In this document: positions 37,340 through 47,278 of the stretch, in pieces
Position numbering within the stretch: position 1 is the first letter of the stretch
How the letters are laid out: the number at the start of each line of letters is the position of its first letter
Source of the DNA: Deltaproteobacteria bacterium
Lineage (GTDB): Bacteria > Desulfobacterota > B13-G15 > RBG-16-54-18
Length of the DNA stretch: 64,000 nucleotides
Reading direction: 5' to 3'
Assembly (NCBI GenBank): GCA_019308925.1
Contig: JAFDHG010000003.1
Location: 3,367-67,366 of the forward strand
Program-made: the position numbers and the translations under genes
The notes under the pieces: generated by a model
Databases searched by the model: none
Seen by the model: the letters and a program-made list of their open reading frames with translations, nothing else
What the model was told of the DNA's origin: nothing

Positions 37340-37888
37340 CTACCATGTAGGAGGACTTACCACCCAGACTACCACCGTCTCCTCATTTGTGGGGTTGATC
37401 CAGCTGTGAGGTATCTGGGAGGAGTAGTAGAAGCTTTCATTTTCCTTTATCTGATAGCGGGTGCCATCGAGGTTTATCTCCAGTACCCCCTTGAGGACTA
37501 TGCCGAACTCCTCTCCCTCATGGTTGTAAAGGCCCAAAGCCCCTCCTCCTGGCTTGATCACCGTGTAGAAGGGCTGCATCCTCTTCCCCTGGGTGCTCTT
37601 GACCAGGAGGTTGATCTTCGCCTTCCACCTCTTTATGGAGATCTCCACCCTCTCCCCTTCTCGCATCACCACGGATTCAGAGTTATTAGGGGGGAGAAAG
37701 AAGTCCACAATGTTTACCCTGAGGACATTGGCTACATGTTTCAATGTGGCTATGGAGGGGGAGACCTTTCCTCTTTCCACCTGGGAGATAAAGGAAGGAG
37801 AGCAATTTACCCTTTGGGCCAATTCCTTTAATGTCAACCCCCTTTCCTTTCTTAAGGCCCGAATTTTTTGTCCTATATCCTCTATCAT
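37340..37888 (-). CDS. XRE-family HTH plus cupin transcriptional regulator
   Basis: IGQKIRALRKERGLTLKELA...SQVERGKVSPS; HEGEEF...PHSW cupin. Confidence 0.92.
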   Translation of the reverse strand: MIEDIGQKIRALRKERGLTLKELAQRVNCSPSFISQVERGKVSPSIATLKHVANVLRVNIVDFFLPPNNSESVVMREGERVEISIKRWKAKINLLVKSTQGKRMQPFYTVIKPGGGALGLYNHEGEEFGIVLKGVLEINLDGTRYQIKENESFYYSSQIPHSWINPTNEETVVVWVVSPPTW

Positions 37889-37996
37889 AATTAAATTAGT
37901 AATGAATTTTTTGTTTTTATAATTAAATAAATATCACCGAAAAGGTTACCTGTCAATGAGAGATTTCCCTATTAGCATGTTTTTTCGAACCGTCCT

Positions 37997-39487
37997 TCAA
38001 ACCCAACGTAAGGTGACCGTCTTCTGGTCCATGAACAGCCTTACAGAGTCCATCCTGCTATGGGCATTTCCGAAGAAGGACTCCCTCTTGGACGCCATTG
38101 GGAAAAAGGAGTATGGTTGTGGTATACCCAAATTCACCCCCACGTTTCCTACGTTGACCTCTCTTGTAAACTTTCGCGCATTTTTACCGTCCGCCGTAAG
38201 GATGCATGCTGAGTGTCCAAGGTTTGTCTTGGTGTTGATCCACTCTATTGCTTCATCGAGATTGCTGGCCCTTATCAGGTTGGCAACAGGGCCAAATGCC
38301 TCCTCTTTCGCAATGTGCATGTCAGGGTGGACATCTCCCAGGATGGTGGGACCGAGGAAATAGCCATTAGGATAGTCCTTTACCTTGACCTCTCTGCCAT
38401 CCAGTGCGATCTTAGCCCCTTCCTTTAAACCCTTCTCTATCCACTGAAGGACCTTTTCTTTCCCCATTTGTGTGGTCATAGGCCCGAGGTCCGTATCTTC
38501 GTCAAGTCCATAACCCAGTTTCATGCCCGCAGAGGCCTCTACAAACTTGCTCTTCACCTCATCGTATACATCTCCCACGATAACCACGTTGTCAGTACCC
38601 AGGCAGCGTTGGCCGGTCATACCATAGCATCCCCTCAGAAGGTACTCAATCCCTCTGTCTATGTCGGCATCTGGCATGATAACGATATGATTCTTTCCAT
38701 TACCGTTCAAGGATGTCCTCTTCCCCAGTTTTCCCGCTTGGTCGAACAGTATTTTGCTGACTGCTGTCGACCCTATAAACCCGGCTCCCTGCACATAGGG
38801 ATGGGCGAACATCGTGGCATTGAGCTCTACCTGATTCCCCACATGAATGAGATTATGTACGCCAGGAGGGAAACCGGCCTCCTCAACCACCTCGGTGATC
38901 TTATTGGCGCAGACAGGACCCTGCCAGCTTGGGCTCCAAACTACAGGACATCCGCAGGCAAGGGCATATGGGACAAAGGACGACCAGGCATGCATGGGGA
39001 TGTTTCCTGGTGTAATGATGAGGAAGACCCCCACTGGTTCCCATACTAGATATTCGTCAATACCCCTGGCCAACTGATCCACATGTTCGTTCTCCCTTGC
39101 TAACCTGTACAGGGCTGAGCAAGCCGATTCGATATTCTCAATAACCCTTCTCACAGACCCTCTGGATTCATCTATGGTCCTTCCGTGATCTTGGGTGAGA
39201 ACGCGACTGAGTTCGTCGAAATATTCATCAAACTTGCCCCTGAGGTCGAAGAGTAAACGGGCCCTATCCCGCAGGGGGAGATTGCTCCATGTCTTAAAAG
39301 CCCTGTATGCTGCCTCAACTGCCGCATCGGCCTCTTCCTGTGTTGCCGTAGGGAACTCTGCGATCACCTCACCTATAGCAGGATTGGTGGTCTGATTAAT
39401 GGTGGTGGACTTGGAGTCAACCCACTTGCCGTCGATGAAGAATTTTAACCTTCCATAATGCTTGCTGACTTCAGATAGTAACGCCAT
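37997..39487 (-). CDS. aldehyde dehydrogenase, methylmalonate-semialdehyde-dehydrogenase-like (probably CoA-acylating)
   Basis: ITPGN, FIGST, GKNH instead of ELGGK, GQRC catalytic Cys, EEAFGPV. Confidence 0.85.
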   Translation of the reverse strand: MALLSEVSKHYGRLKFFIDGKWVDSKSTTINQTTNPAIGEVIAEFPTATQEEADAAVEAAYRAFKTWSNLPLRDRARLLFDLRGKFDEYFDELSRVLTQDHGRTIDESRGSVRRVIENIESACSALYRLARENEHVDQLARGIDEYLVWEPVGVFLIITPGNIPMHAWSSFVPYALACGCPVVWSPSWQGPVCANKITEVVEEAGFPPGVHNLIHVGNQVELNATMFAHPYVQGAGFIGSTAVSKILFDQAGKLGKRTSLNGNGKNHIVIMPDADIDRGIEYLLRGCYGMTGQRCLGTDNVVIVGDVYDEVKSKFVEASAGMKLGYGLDEDTDLGPMTTQMGKEKVLQWIEKGLKEGAKIALDGREVKVKDYPNGYFLGPTILGDVHPDMHIAKEEAFGPVANLIRASNLDEAIEWINTKTNLGHSACILTADGKNARKFTREVNVGNVGVNLGIPQPYSFFPMASKRESFFGNAHSRMDSVRLFMDQKTVTLRWV

Positions 39488-40112
39488 CCTAACCTCCTTT
39501 TCTAGTTTTTGATCTGACCAATGTCTTATTTTATTAAAAATTAATTTTTTATTTTATTTCTTAAAAACATCCTATTATTACCACTCGAAAAATTACGTGT
39601 CAACGGTTTTGTGCCAATGCCTCGGGAATAAATGCGGCAAAGGCTTAATGAAGGCAGTATTGAGTTTGTTGAGTGTACACGGTGAATGGGTGAATTGCTG
39701 CTGATAACTGACAGATGAATCCTTGGACCATTTTTAGCAACTTTTTTGGAGAAGAACCATAATATGTTCCTGTCGGTTAGATGTCATTCGTCGAGGTTGA
39801 CAAAAATTGTCACATCGACATCTTTTGATCCTTTGTCGTTTTTCCCATCATTGAGAAATCCTTTTGATTTTGCTCAGTTGTGTTACAATAAGGTGCTAAC
39901 CTTTTTAAAGGCACAAAATTTGCGATAAAAAGATCAGAGAGGTATAAGTGATAGGGTCTGCAAATAGGATAATCTTTTGGAGGGGCCTAACGCAGGTATT
40001 TTTTATCAAAAGCTCTTGACAAATTTTTAATTTTTTAGTATAAGCCTTCCTTGTCAAAAGGAAGAACTGTGGAAGAGGAGACCCTTTAATCTTACCAGAA
40101 GGGGGTTTCAAG

Positions 40113-41003
40113 ATGAAAAGGGATGGGATCTATACGATATGGATCTTCCGCAATGGAGCTTTCAGGCCTTATAAGATAAAACTTCCTGGGCTTAGCGCCA
40201 AAATCCTTTTAGCGGTTTTTCTTGTCATCATCTTTTCCTTTCCCTTTATCACCTTTAGTTACATCTCCAAGAGTTTAAAATTATCCAGGATAGAGAATGA
40301 AAGGACTGAGCAACAGGCCAAGATTGCCTCCTTAAATAAAAAAATGGGGGAATTCAATCAACAGATCCAAAGGTTGAAGGAGTTTGATGTAAAACTACGC
40401 ATCATTGCCAATCTCGAAAATGCCGAGGAGACCGGTCCCTTTTTGGGGGTAGGAGGTCTTGTCCACTCTTCTCGCGAACCGTGGGAAAAGACGGAATCCG
40501 ATCTACAAGGAATGAAGAAGGAGCTGGACCATTTATGTACAGAGGCAAAGTTTTGCGAGAAGAGCTTTCGAGAACTTTACTCCTTTTTAGAGGGAAAGAA
40601 GAGACAATTGGTATGTACCCCCTCTATCTGGCCTGCCCGAGGGTGGTTGACGTCGCGCTTCGGATATCGCATTGACCCCTTTACCGGATTGAGGCAGTTT
40701 CACGAGGGGATCGATATCGCCAACAGGATAGGCACTCCTATTATCGTCCCCGCCGATGGGGTGGTTTCCCGTGTTTTCAAAGACTTCGGCCTAGGATTAG
40801 TATTGGAGATCAAACATGGTTACGGTATCATTACCCGCTATGGCCATCTCTCCAAGGTGCATGTGAAGGTGGGCAAAAAGGTCAAAAGGGGTGAAAGGGT
40901 CGCTACCATTGGCAACACTGGAAGATCTACTGGTCCCCATCTGCACTATGAGGTGAGGTTGAACGGTGTCCCCGTAAACCCCCAGCGCTATATCTTGAAT
41001 TAA
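40113..41003 (+). CDS. M23 family metallopeptidase
   Basis: TM plus coiled coil, HEGIDIA, YGHL, STGPHLHYEV. Confidence 0.93.
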   Translation: MKRDGIYTIWIFRNGAFRPYKIKLPGLSAKILLAVFLVIIFSFPFITFSYISKSLKLSRIENERTEQQAKIASLNKKMGEFNQQIQRLKEFDVKLRIIANLENAEETGPFLGVGGLVHSSREPWEKTESDLQGMKKELDHLCTEAKFCEKSFRELYSFLEGKKRQLVCTPSIWPARGWLTSRFGYRIDPFTGLRQFHEGIDIANRIGTPIIVPADGVVSRVFKDFGLGLVLEIKHGYGIITRYGHLSKVHVKVGKKVKRGERVATIGNTGRSTGPHLHYEVRLNGVPVNPQRYILN

Positions 41004-41257
41004 GTCAGTCTATCGCTTGATTTAGATCTCAACAGGGAATTCTTATTGCCTTTAGGCCAAGAAAAAGTCAGTCTTTTGGTCTACATAAAAGACTTATCTT
41101 CAAAGTCTAATCCTCTCTTTGTTTCACCCTGTTTTTGGTGTTTAATGAGTCAAATTGAATCCTTCCCTTTTTCTTCGATTAGAGGTAAAATATTAAAAAG
41201 TGAATTGGCCTCAGGTCAGTTTTCGCGTGAAAAGTATTTCTTCGGAGGAAGGGTAAA

Positions 41258-43927
41258 ATGTTAGGTAACATCGCAAAAAAGGTTGTAGGGAGCAAAAACG
41301 AGAGGGAACTCAAAAGGATCAAACCCCTCATCGAGATGATAAGCTCTCTAGAACCCCAGATCTACCCCCTCGATGATCATCGCCTGGCCGCCAAGACAGG
41401 TGAGTTCAAAGAGAGATTGGAGAAGGGGGAACCCTTAGATGATCTCTTGCCCGAGGCCTTTGCAGTGGTCAGAGAGGTGGCAAGGCGCACCTTAGGAGAG
41501 CGCCATTTTGATGTTCAGGTCATTGGTGGGGTAGTCCTGCACGAAGGCAAAATAGCTGAGATGGCTACAGGGGAGGGGAAGACCCTGGTATCTACCATGC
41601 CAGCATATCTCAATGCCCTGCTGGGCAAAGGGGTGCATATTGTAACCGTAAATGACTATCTGGCCAAGAGGGATAGCGAGTGGATGGGGGTCATCTACCG
41701 ATTTTTGGGGCTCTCTGTAGGCGTGATCCTGCATGACATGGACGATTACGCCAGGAGAAAGGCCTACCAGGCTGATATCACCTATGGGACCAACAATGAG
41801 TTCGGCTTCGATTACTTGAGGGACAATATGAAGTTCAGCCTGGATGACTATGTGCAGCGACAGCTCCACTATGCCATCGTGGATGAGGTGGACAGCATCC
41901 TCATTGATGAGGCGAGGACCCCCCTCATCATCTCCGGACCTGCGGAGGAGTCCACAGACAAATACTATAAGATCAACCGGATCATCCCCCAACTGAGGAG
42001 AGAGCGAGATTATACCGTGGATGAGAAGAGCAACGCTGTGGTACTTACCGAAGAAGGGGTGGCCCGGTTGGAGAGGCTCCTGAATATAGAGAACCTATAC
42101 GATCCCAGATATATCGATACCCTCCATCACGTAAACCAGGGGCTGCGGGCCCATACCCTCTTTAAGAGGGATGTGGACTACGTAGTGAAGGACGGCAAGG
42201 TGATCATCGTCGACGAGTTCACCGGCAGGCTTATGCCCGGTAGACGCTGGAGCGACGGGCTCCACCAGGCCGTGGAGGCCAAAGAGGGGGTCAGGATAGA
42301 AAGTGAGAATCAGACCTTGGCCACCATTACCTTCCAGAACTACTTCCGGATGTACGATAAATTGGCGGGGATGACGGGAACTGCCGACACTGAGGCCGCG
42401 GAGTTCAAGAAGATATATAAACTAGATGTAATAGTGGTCCCCACCAATCGACCCCTGATCCGAACGAACTATCCGGATGCGATCTATAAGACGGAGAGTG
42501 AAAAGTTCAACGCAGTGGTAAGGGAGATAGAGGAGCTCTACCAGATAGGACGGCCCGTCTTGGTGGGGACCGTCTCCATCGATAAGTCAGAGCGATTGAG
42601 CAGGTTGTTGAAGAAGAGGGGGATTCCACATCACGTGCTCAACGCCAAACACCACGAGAAAGAGGCCGAGATCATCGCCCAGGCGGGTCGTTTTAAGGGC
42701 ACGACCATCTCCACCAACATGGCTGGCCGCGGAACCGACATCCTCTTGGGGGGAAACCCAAAGATGATCGCCCTCCAGACGGTTGGGAAAGAGGCGGGCG
42801 ATGGTGAGCTGGAGGCCGCCTATCAAAAGGCCTTGGCCATCACCTCCCAGGAGAAAGAGGAGGTGATTAAGCTGGGTGGGTTACACGTCCTCGGGACAGA
42901 GCGACATGAGAGCCGTCGCGTCGACAATCAATTGAGGGGGAGGTCTGGTCGACAGGGAGACCCTGGCTCATCCCGCTTCTACTTATCCCTGGAAGATGAC
43001 CTGTTGCGGATCTTCGGCTCCGAAAGGATAGCGGGGATCATGGACAAACTGGGGGTAGAAGATGATCAACCCATCGAACATTCCCTGGTTACCAAGGCCA
43101 TTGAGAACGCCCAAAGGAGGGTGGAGGGCCATAATTTTGAGATCAGGAAGCACCTCTTGGAATATGATGATGTAATGAATCAACAGCGAGAGGTAATCTA
43201 CTCACAGCGCAAGGAGATCTTGAAGGGAGAGAGGTTGAAGGAGCTGGCCCTTGATATGATAGAAGAGGTAGTGGAGGAGATTGTTGGGGAATACACCGAT
43301 GAGAAGCGTTACCCCGAAGAATGGGATCTGGAGGGGTTAAAGGAGGCCTTTCACCAAAGTTTCTCCTTTCAATTAGGGCTAGATAGAGAGACCTTGGAGG
43401 GGATGAATCAACAGGACCTCTACACCTCCCTTATGGAGAAGGCCCAGGCCTTTTATGAGGAGAAGGAGAGGGTCTTTGGTGATGAGGTGATGAGAGATTT
43501 GGAGCGCTTCATCCTCTTGCAGACCCTGGACAGCCATTGGAAAGATCATCTCTTGAACATCGATCACCTAAAGGAAGGGATAGGCCTGCGGGGTTACGGC
43601 CAGAAGAACCCCCTTTTGGAGTACAAAAGGGAGGGTTATGAGATGTTTATTGATATGCTGGCCAGCGTAAGGGAGGACGCAGTGCACAAGCTCTTTGCCG
43701 TGCAGCTTGCCGAGGAGGAGGGGGTACCGACGCTACAAGATGCCCTGGGGCCGAGGTTATTTTTGATCAGGGGTGGGCTCGAAGCTCCGCCGCCACCTCC
43801 CCCTCCGGAGATGATGGGTGAGCAGGAGCGCCCCATACCCGTGCGTCGCGAGGGCAAAAAGATCGGCCGAAACGATCCCTGTCCATGTGGCAGCGGGAAA
43901 AAATACAAAAAGTGTTGCGGGAGGTAG
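41258..43927 (+). CDS. secA: preprotein translocase ATPase SecA
   Basis: [39 protein letters not shown]-terminal [18 protein letters not shown]. Confidence 0.99.
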   Translation: MLGNIAKKVVGSKNERELKRIKPLIEMISSLEPQIYPLDDHRLAAKTGEFKERLEKGEPLDDLLPEAFAVVREVARRTLGERHFDVQVIGGVVLHEGKIAEMATGEGKTLVSTMPAYLNALLGKGVHIVTVNDYLAKRDSEWMGVIYRFLGLSVGVILHDMDDYARRKAYQADITYGTNNEFGFDYLRDNMKFSLDDYVQRQLHYAIVDEVDSILIDEARTPLIISGPAEESTDKYYKINRIIPQLRRERDYTVDEKSNAVVLTEEGVARLERLLNIENLYDPRYIDTLHHVNQGLRAHTLFKRDVDYVVKDGKVIIVDEFTGRLMPGRRWSDGLHQAVEAKEGVRIESENQTLATITFQNYFRMYDKLAGMTGTADTEAAEFKKIYKLDVIVVPTNRPLIRTNYPDAIYKTESEKFNAVVREIEELYQIGRPVLVGTVSIDKSERLSRLLKKRGIPHHVLNAKHHEKEAEIIAQAGRFKGTTISTNMAGRGTDILLGGNPKMIALQTVGKEAGDGELEAAYQKALAITSQEKEEVIKLGGLHVLGTERHESRRVDNQLRGRSGRQGDPGSSRFYLSLEDDLLRIFGSERIAGIMDKLGVEDDQPIEHSLVTKAIENAQRRVEGHNFEIRKHLLEYDDVMNQQREVIYSQRKEILKGERLKELALDMIEEVVEEIVGEYTDEKRYPEEWDLEGLKEAFHQSFSFQLGLDRETLEGMNQQDLYTSLMEKAQAFYEEKERVFGDEVMRDLERFILLQTLDSHWKDHLLNIDHLKEGIGLRGYGQKNPLLEYKREGYEMFIDMLASVREDAVHKLFAVQLAEEEGVPTLQDALGPRLFLIRGGLEAPPPPPPPEMMGEQERPIPVRREGKKIGRNDPCPCGSGKKYKKCCGR

Positions 43928-43931
43928 CAAA

Positions 43932-45116
43932 CTGAGGCCCAAAGGCTTTCAGGCGGCAGGGATCACCTGTGGGATAAAGGAGACAGAGGGGGCCAAGGAT
44001 CTGGCCCTCATTTATTCAGAGGTCCCGGCAAAGGTGGCTGGCCTCTTCACCAGAAACAGGGTCAAGGCGGCACCTGTCATCTATACCAGGAGGAGGGTGC
44101 GCAGGGGTATCTGCCAGGCCCTCATCATCAACAGCGGTAATGCCAACGCCTGTACAGGTCAGAAGGGTTTGATGGATGCAGAGACCATGGCGAGGTTGAT
44201 TGCCAGCACCCTTCATATCCCCCACCAGCAGGTCTTGGTCTCCTCCACGGGGGTGATCGGCCGCCCCCTTCCCATGGGAAAGATCGAGAGGGGGATTCCA
44301 TCCTTGGTTGCCAAGCTCTCCCCTGATGGTTTTCAGGATGCCGCCGAGGCCATTCTGACCACTGATACCTGCTCCAAGGTGGCCATGGAAAGGGTGGACA
44401 CTGATGGAGAAAAAATCACCATCTTTGGGATGGCCAAAGGGGCGGGGATGATTCACCCTCAGCTTGCCACCATGTTGGCCTTTATCCTGACCGATGCGGA
44501 GGTGGAGGCAGAGGTATTGTCCGCTCTTTTGCAAGAGGGGGTCCGCTGCACTTTTAACAGGATCACGGTCGATGGGGATACCAGCACCAACGACATGATC
44601 CTCTTGGTGGCCAATGGTGAGGGAGGGAGCAGCCCTCTTCATCCTGGGGATGTGCGATTTCGTCCCTTTAGGGAGGCCCTGTTTGGGGTCATGGACCAAT
44701 TGACCCAGGCCATTGTCAGGGATGGGGAGGGCAGGACAAAGGTGGTGGAGATCGTCGTGCGCGGGGCCAGCAGCAGCAAGGAGGCCGAGAAACTGGCCTT
44801 CAGGGTAGCCCATTCCCCTTTGGTGAAGACCGCCTTTTTCGGCCAAGACCCCAACTGGGGGAGGATCATGGCGGCAATGGGAGATGCAGGGGTCCCCTTC
44901 GATCCTCAAAAGGTGGCCATCTACTTTGATGGTGCCCTGGTAGTAGAGGGAGGGATCCAAGCCCAAGGTATCAGAGAGGATAGGCTAAGGGAGGTATTAA
45001 AAAAGGAGGAGTTCAAAGTGGTCATCGATCTGCATCGAGGGACTTCTCAGGTCTCTGTCCTCACTACCGATCTCTCCTACGATTACGTCAGGATAAACGC
45101 CTCATACCATACCTAA
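43932..45116 (+). CDS. argJ: ornithine acetyltransferase/N-acetylglutamate synthase ArgJ
   Basis: NSGNANACTG, SSTGVIG, KGAGMIHPQLATML, DGDTSTND, DGEG, DPNWGR; probable CTG start 6 nt after GGAGGT. Confidence 0.95.
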   Translation: MRPKGFQAAGITCGIKETEGAKDLALIYSEVPAKVAGLFTRNRVKAAPVIYTRRRVRRGICQALIINSGNANACTGQKGLMDAETMARLIASTLHIPHQQVLVSSTGVIGRPLPMGKIERGIPSLVAKLSPDGFQDAAEAILTTDTCSKVAMERVDTDGEKITIFGMAKGAGMIHPQLATMLAFILTDAEVEAEVLSALLQEGVRCTFNRITVDGDTSTNDMILLVANGEGGSSPLHPGDVRFRPFREALFGVMDQLTQAIVRDGEGRTKVVEIVVRGASSSKEAEKLAFRVAHSPLVKTAFFGQDPNWGRIMAAMGDAGVPFDPQKVAIYFDGALVVEGGIQAQGIREDRLREVLKKEEFKVVIDLHRGTSQVSVLTTDLSYDYVRINASYHT

Positions 45117-45117
45117 A

Positions 45118-45259
45118 GGGTTCAAGGGGCCACGGGTTCTAGGGTTCAAGTGTTTATGCATTCATGGGGTTAATCACTCGACCCCTTGAATCCTGCCGCC
45201 AGCGGCATCCCGCTTCCTTAAATCTATATTGTGGGGCGGGATTGAATCCTTGACCCCTC
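45118..45259. repeat. 8-bp-periodic palindromic element, copy C, with a nested ATCCCGC...GCGGGAT insert
   Basis: GGGTTCAA GGGGCCAC GGGTTCTA GGGTTCAA GTG ... CAC TCGACCCC TTGAATCC [insert] TGAATCC TTGACCCC; lies between convergent argJ and selB. Confidence 0.8.
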
Positions 45260-45282
45260 AGTCCCGCCCTTGGCGGGGCAGT

Positions 45283-47202
45283 TTACTTTTTCCCATCCCC
45301 CCTCAGCACCCTCTCATCGCCTACCCTAATGGTGACCTTGATGGCATCGAAGTACTCTGCCAAGGGTATGGTGTACTTCCTGGAGACACTGGTGAGGGAT
45401 TTGAACTCCTGCGTGGATATCTTCCCCCTTTCTTTGACAAAGGAGATCAACCTTCCTCTGAGCTCATTCAAGGGGTCTTGATGGAAGTATATCCCCTCCT
45501 TTAACTTGACCAGCTTGCCCTGAGTGGTAAGCAGTAAAAGGATCTCCTTTACCTCTTTTTCGCTGGCACCGAGTTGTTCGCCCAACTCCCTCACCGAAGG
45601 AGGGGTGAGGTCACTGCGGTGCATGATCTCCTCGATCTTTTCTTCCAACTCCCGCTGCCTCCCCTGGAGGGCGATTTGATGTCCGGACAGCCTCAATTTG
45701 TCCTTCTCCTGAACCAAGACCTTTCTTTCCATAAGGTTTGACAAAAGGGCATTAAAGAGCTTCCCGTCCACCTCCGGGGGGAGTTTTGACTTAAGTTCCT
45801 CCTTGGGGATACCGGGTTTGAGGGGATTTTCAGCGTGGTACTTCTCCAGGGCCATCACCATCTCATCCTTAAGGTTGCTATATAGTTCTCCATCGATGAT
45901 CCGCTCGGCCTCCCTGTCGAATTTGATCGTCTTTTGTCGGGAGAGGAGTTCGGCCAGGGTTGCGGACAAGGTAGTTGGGGGAATGTTGGCGTAGCCGGAG
46001 AGCTTCCTCAGTTCTATCCCCCTATAGCCCCCCTTTTTGGTGTGAAAGCTGAGCACAAAGGAAGGGTCTCCCCTCTTAAGTTGTTCCAGTTGGGTGGTGA
46101 CCTCACCCTTAAACCTCTTGTGCCTCTGGGGATGGGCGTCTAAGACCACGCCACCACCGATAGTCTGGATCAGGGAGGAGCCGCGCAGCACGAAACGATC
46201 ATTGGGCAAGACCACCAAAGGCCCTCCCAGTCTTATCTGGGCGTATCCCCTTTGCCCGGGTTTCAGTTCATTGGTGCCCAACAAGAGGATCTTGGCCATC
46301 TGGTGGGATGTCCCTGTGTGGAAGCGGAGCATTACGCCATTTTTTAAGGGACGAGGGGAGTGGGACAGGTGGATGATCTCCACGTCGAGAAGGTCCGCCG
46401 GCTCCACTGTGCCCGGGTGAAGGAGCGCCTCACCCCTTTGTACCGAGGACTTTTCGACCCCCTGCAGGTTGACGGCGGTCCTTTGCCCCGCCACTGCCTG
46501 TTTGACTTTTTCGTTGTGGACCTGGAGCCCCCTGACCTTTGCCTTGAGCCCTCTGGGGAGGAACTCAACGGCTTCCCCGGTTGTAACCTTGCCCGACACG
46601 AGGGTCCCGGTAACCACCGTACCGAACCCCTTTATGGTAAAGACCCTGTCGATGGGAAGCCGGAAGATGCCATCAGAGGGTCTCTCCACGACCTGCTCAA
46701 CCAATTTCTCCAGGGCCATGATGAGTTCTTCTATCCCTTCTCCGGTGACCGCCGAGACAGGGATGATGGGGGCCCCTTCGAGGAAGGTCCCCTTGGTGAA
46801 TGCCTTTATGTCCTCCATGGCCAACTCTCTTAGCTCTTGGTCCACCAGGTCGATCTTGGTCAAAACCGTCAATCCCTTCTCGACCCCCAACAGGGTGCAG
46901 ATATCCAGATGTTCCCTGGTCTGAGGCATGACCCCCTCGTCGGCCGCGATGATCAGGGCCACGATGTCTATCCCCCCAGCCCCGGCAACCATGTGTTTGA
47001 CAAATCTCTCGTGCCCCGGCACATCCACGATTCCGATCCGTTCTCCACTGGGCAGATCTAGGTAGGCAAACCCCAACTCTATGGTGATTCCGCGCTCCTT
47101 TTCCTCCTTCAGCCTGTCGGTGTCTATCCCGGTGAGGACCTTCACCAGGACCGTCTTCCCGTGGTCTATATGGCCAGCCGTCCCCAAGATGATCTGCTTC
47201 AT
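45283..47202 (-). CDS. selB: selenocysteine-specific elongation factor
   Basis: [31 protein letters not shown]-terminal winged helices with SRKYTIP...RVGDER; start MKQIILG. Confidence 0.97.
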   Translation of the reverse strand: MKQIILGTAGHIDHGKTVLVKVLTGIDTDRLKEEKERGITIELGFAYLDLPSGERIGIVDVPGHERFVKHMVAGAGGIDIVALIIAADEGVMPQTREHLDICTLLGVEKGLTVLTKIDLVDQELRELAMEDIKAFTKGTFLEGAPIIPVSAVTGEGIEELIMALEKLVEQVVERPSDGIFRLPIDRVFTIKGFGTVVTGTLVSGKVTTGEAVEFLPRGLKAKVRGLQVHNEKVKQAVAGQRTAVNLQGVEKSSVQRGEALLHPGTVEPADLLDVEIIHLSHSPRPLKNGVMLRFHTGTSHQMAKILLLGTNELKPGQRGYAQIRLGGPLVVLPNDRFVLRGSSLIQTIGGGVVLDAHPQRHKRFKGEVTTQLEQLKRGDPSFVLSFHTKKGGYRGIELRKLSGYANIPPTTLSATLAELLSRQKTIKFDREAERIIDGELYSNLKDEMVMALEKYHAENPLKPGIPKEELKSKLPPEVDGKLFNALLSNLMERKVLVQEKDKLRLSGHQIALQGRQRELEEKIEEIMHRSDLTPPSVRELGEQLGASEKEVKEILLLLTTQGKLVKLKEGIYFHQDPLNELRGRLISFVKERGKISTQEFKSLTSVSRKYTIPLAEYFDAIKVTIRVGDERVLRGDGKK

Positions 47203-47278
47203 CCCATGTCCCCTTTTGCCAAAGTGTATGTCACCAGCCTCAGCTATGTCAAGCAAAGGGATATGTCTATGAGAGGTT

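Noticed and set aside
39610..40010. Long intergenic region between ALDH and the M23 peptidase as a possible riboswitch or sRNA
   Set aside because: No recognisable aptamer or terminator; divergent promoters and repeat remnants can explain it; an Rfam/Infernal scan would be needed
43790..43810. Poly-proline run in the SecA C-terminal linker
   Set aside because: Low-complexity variable linker before the SEC-C motif; ordinary
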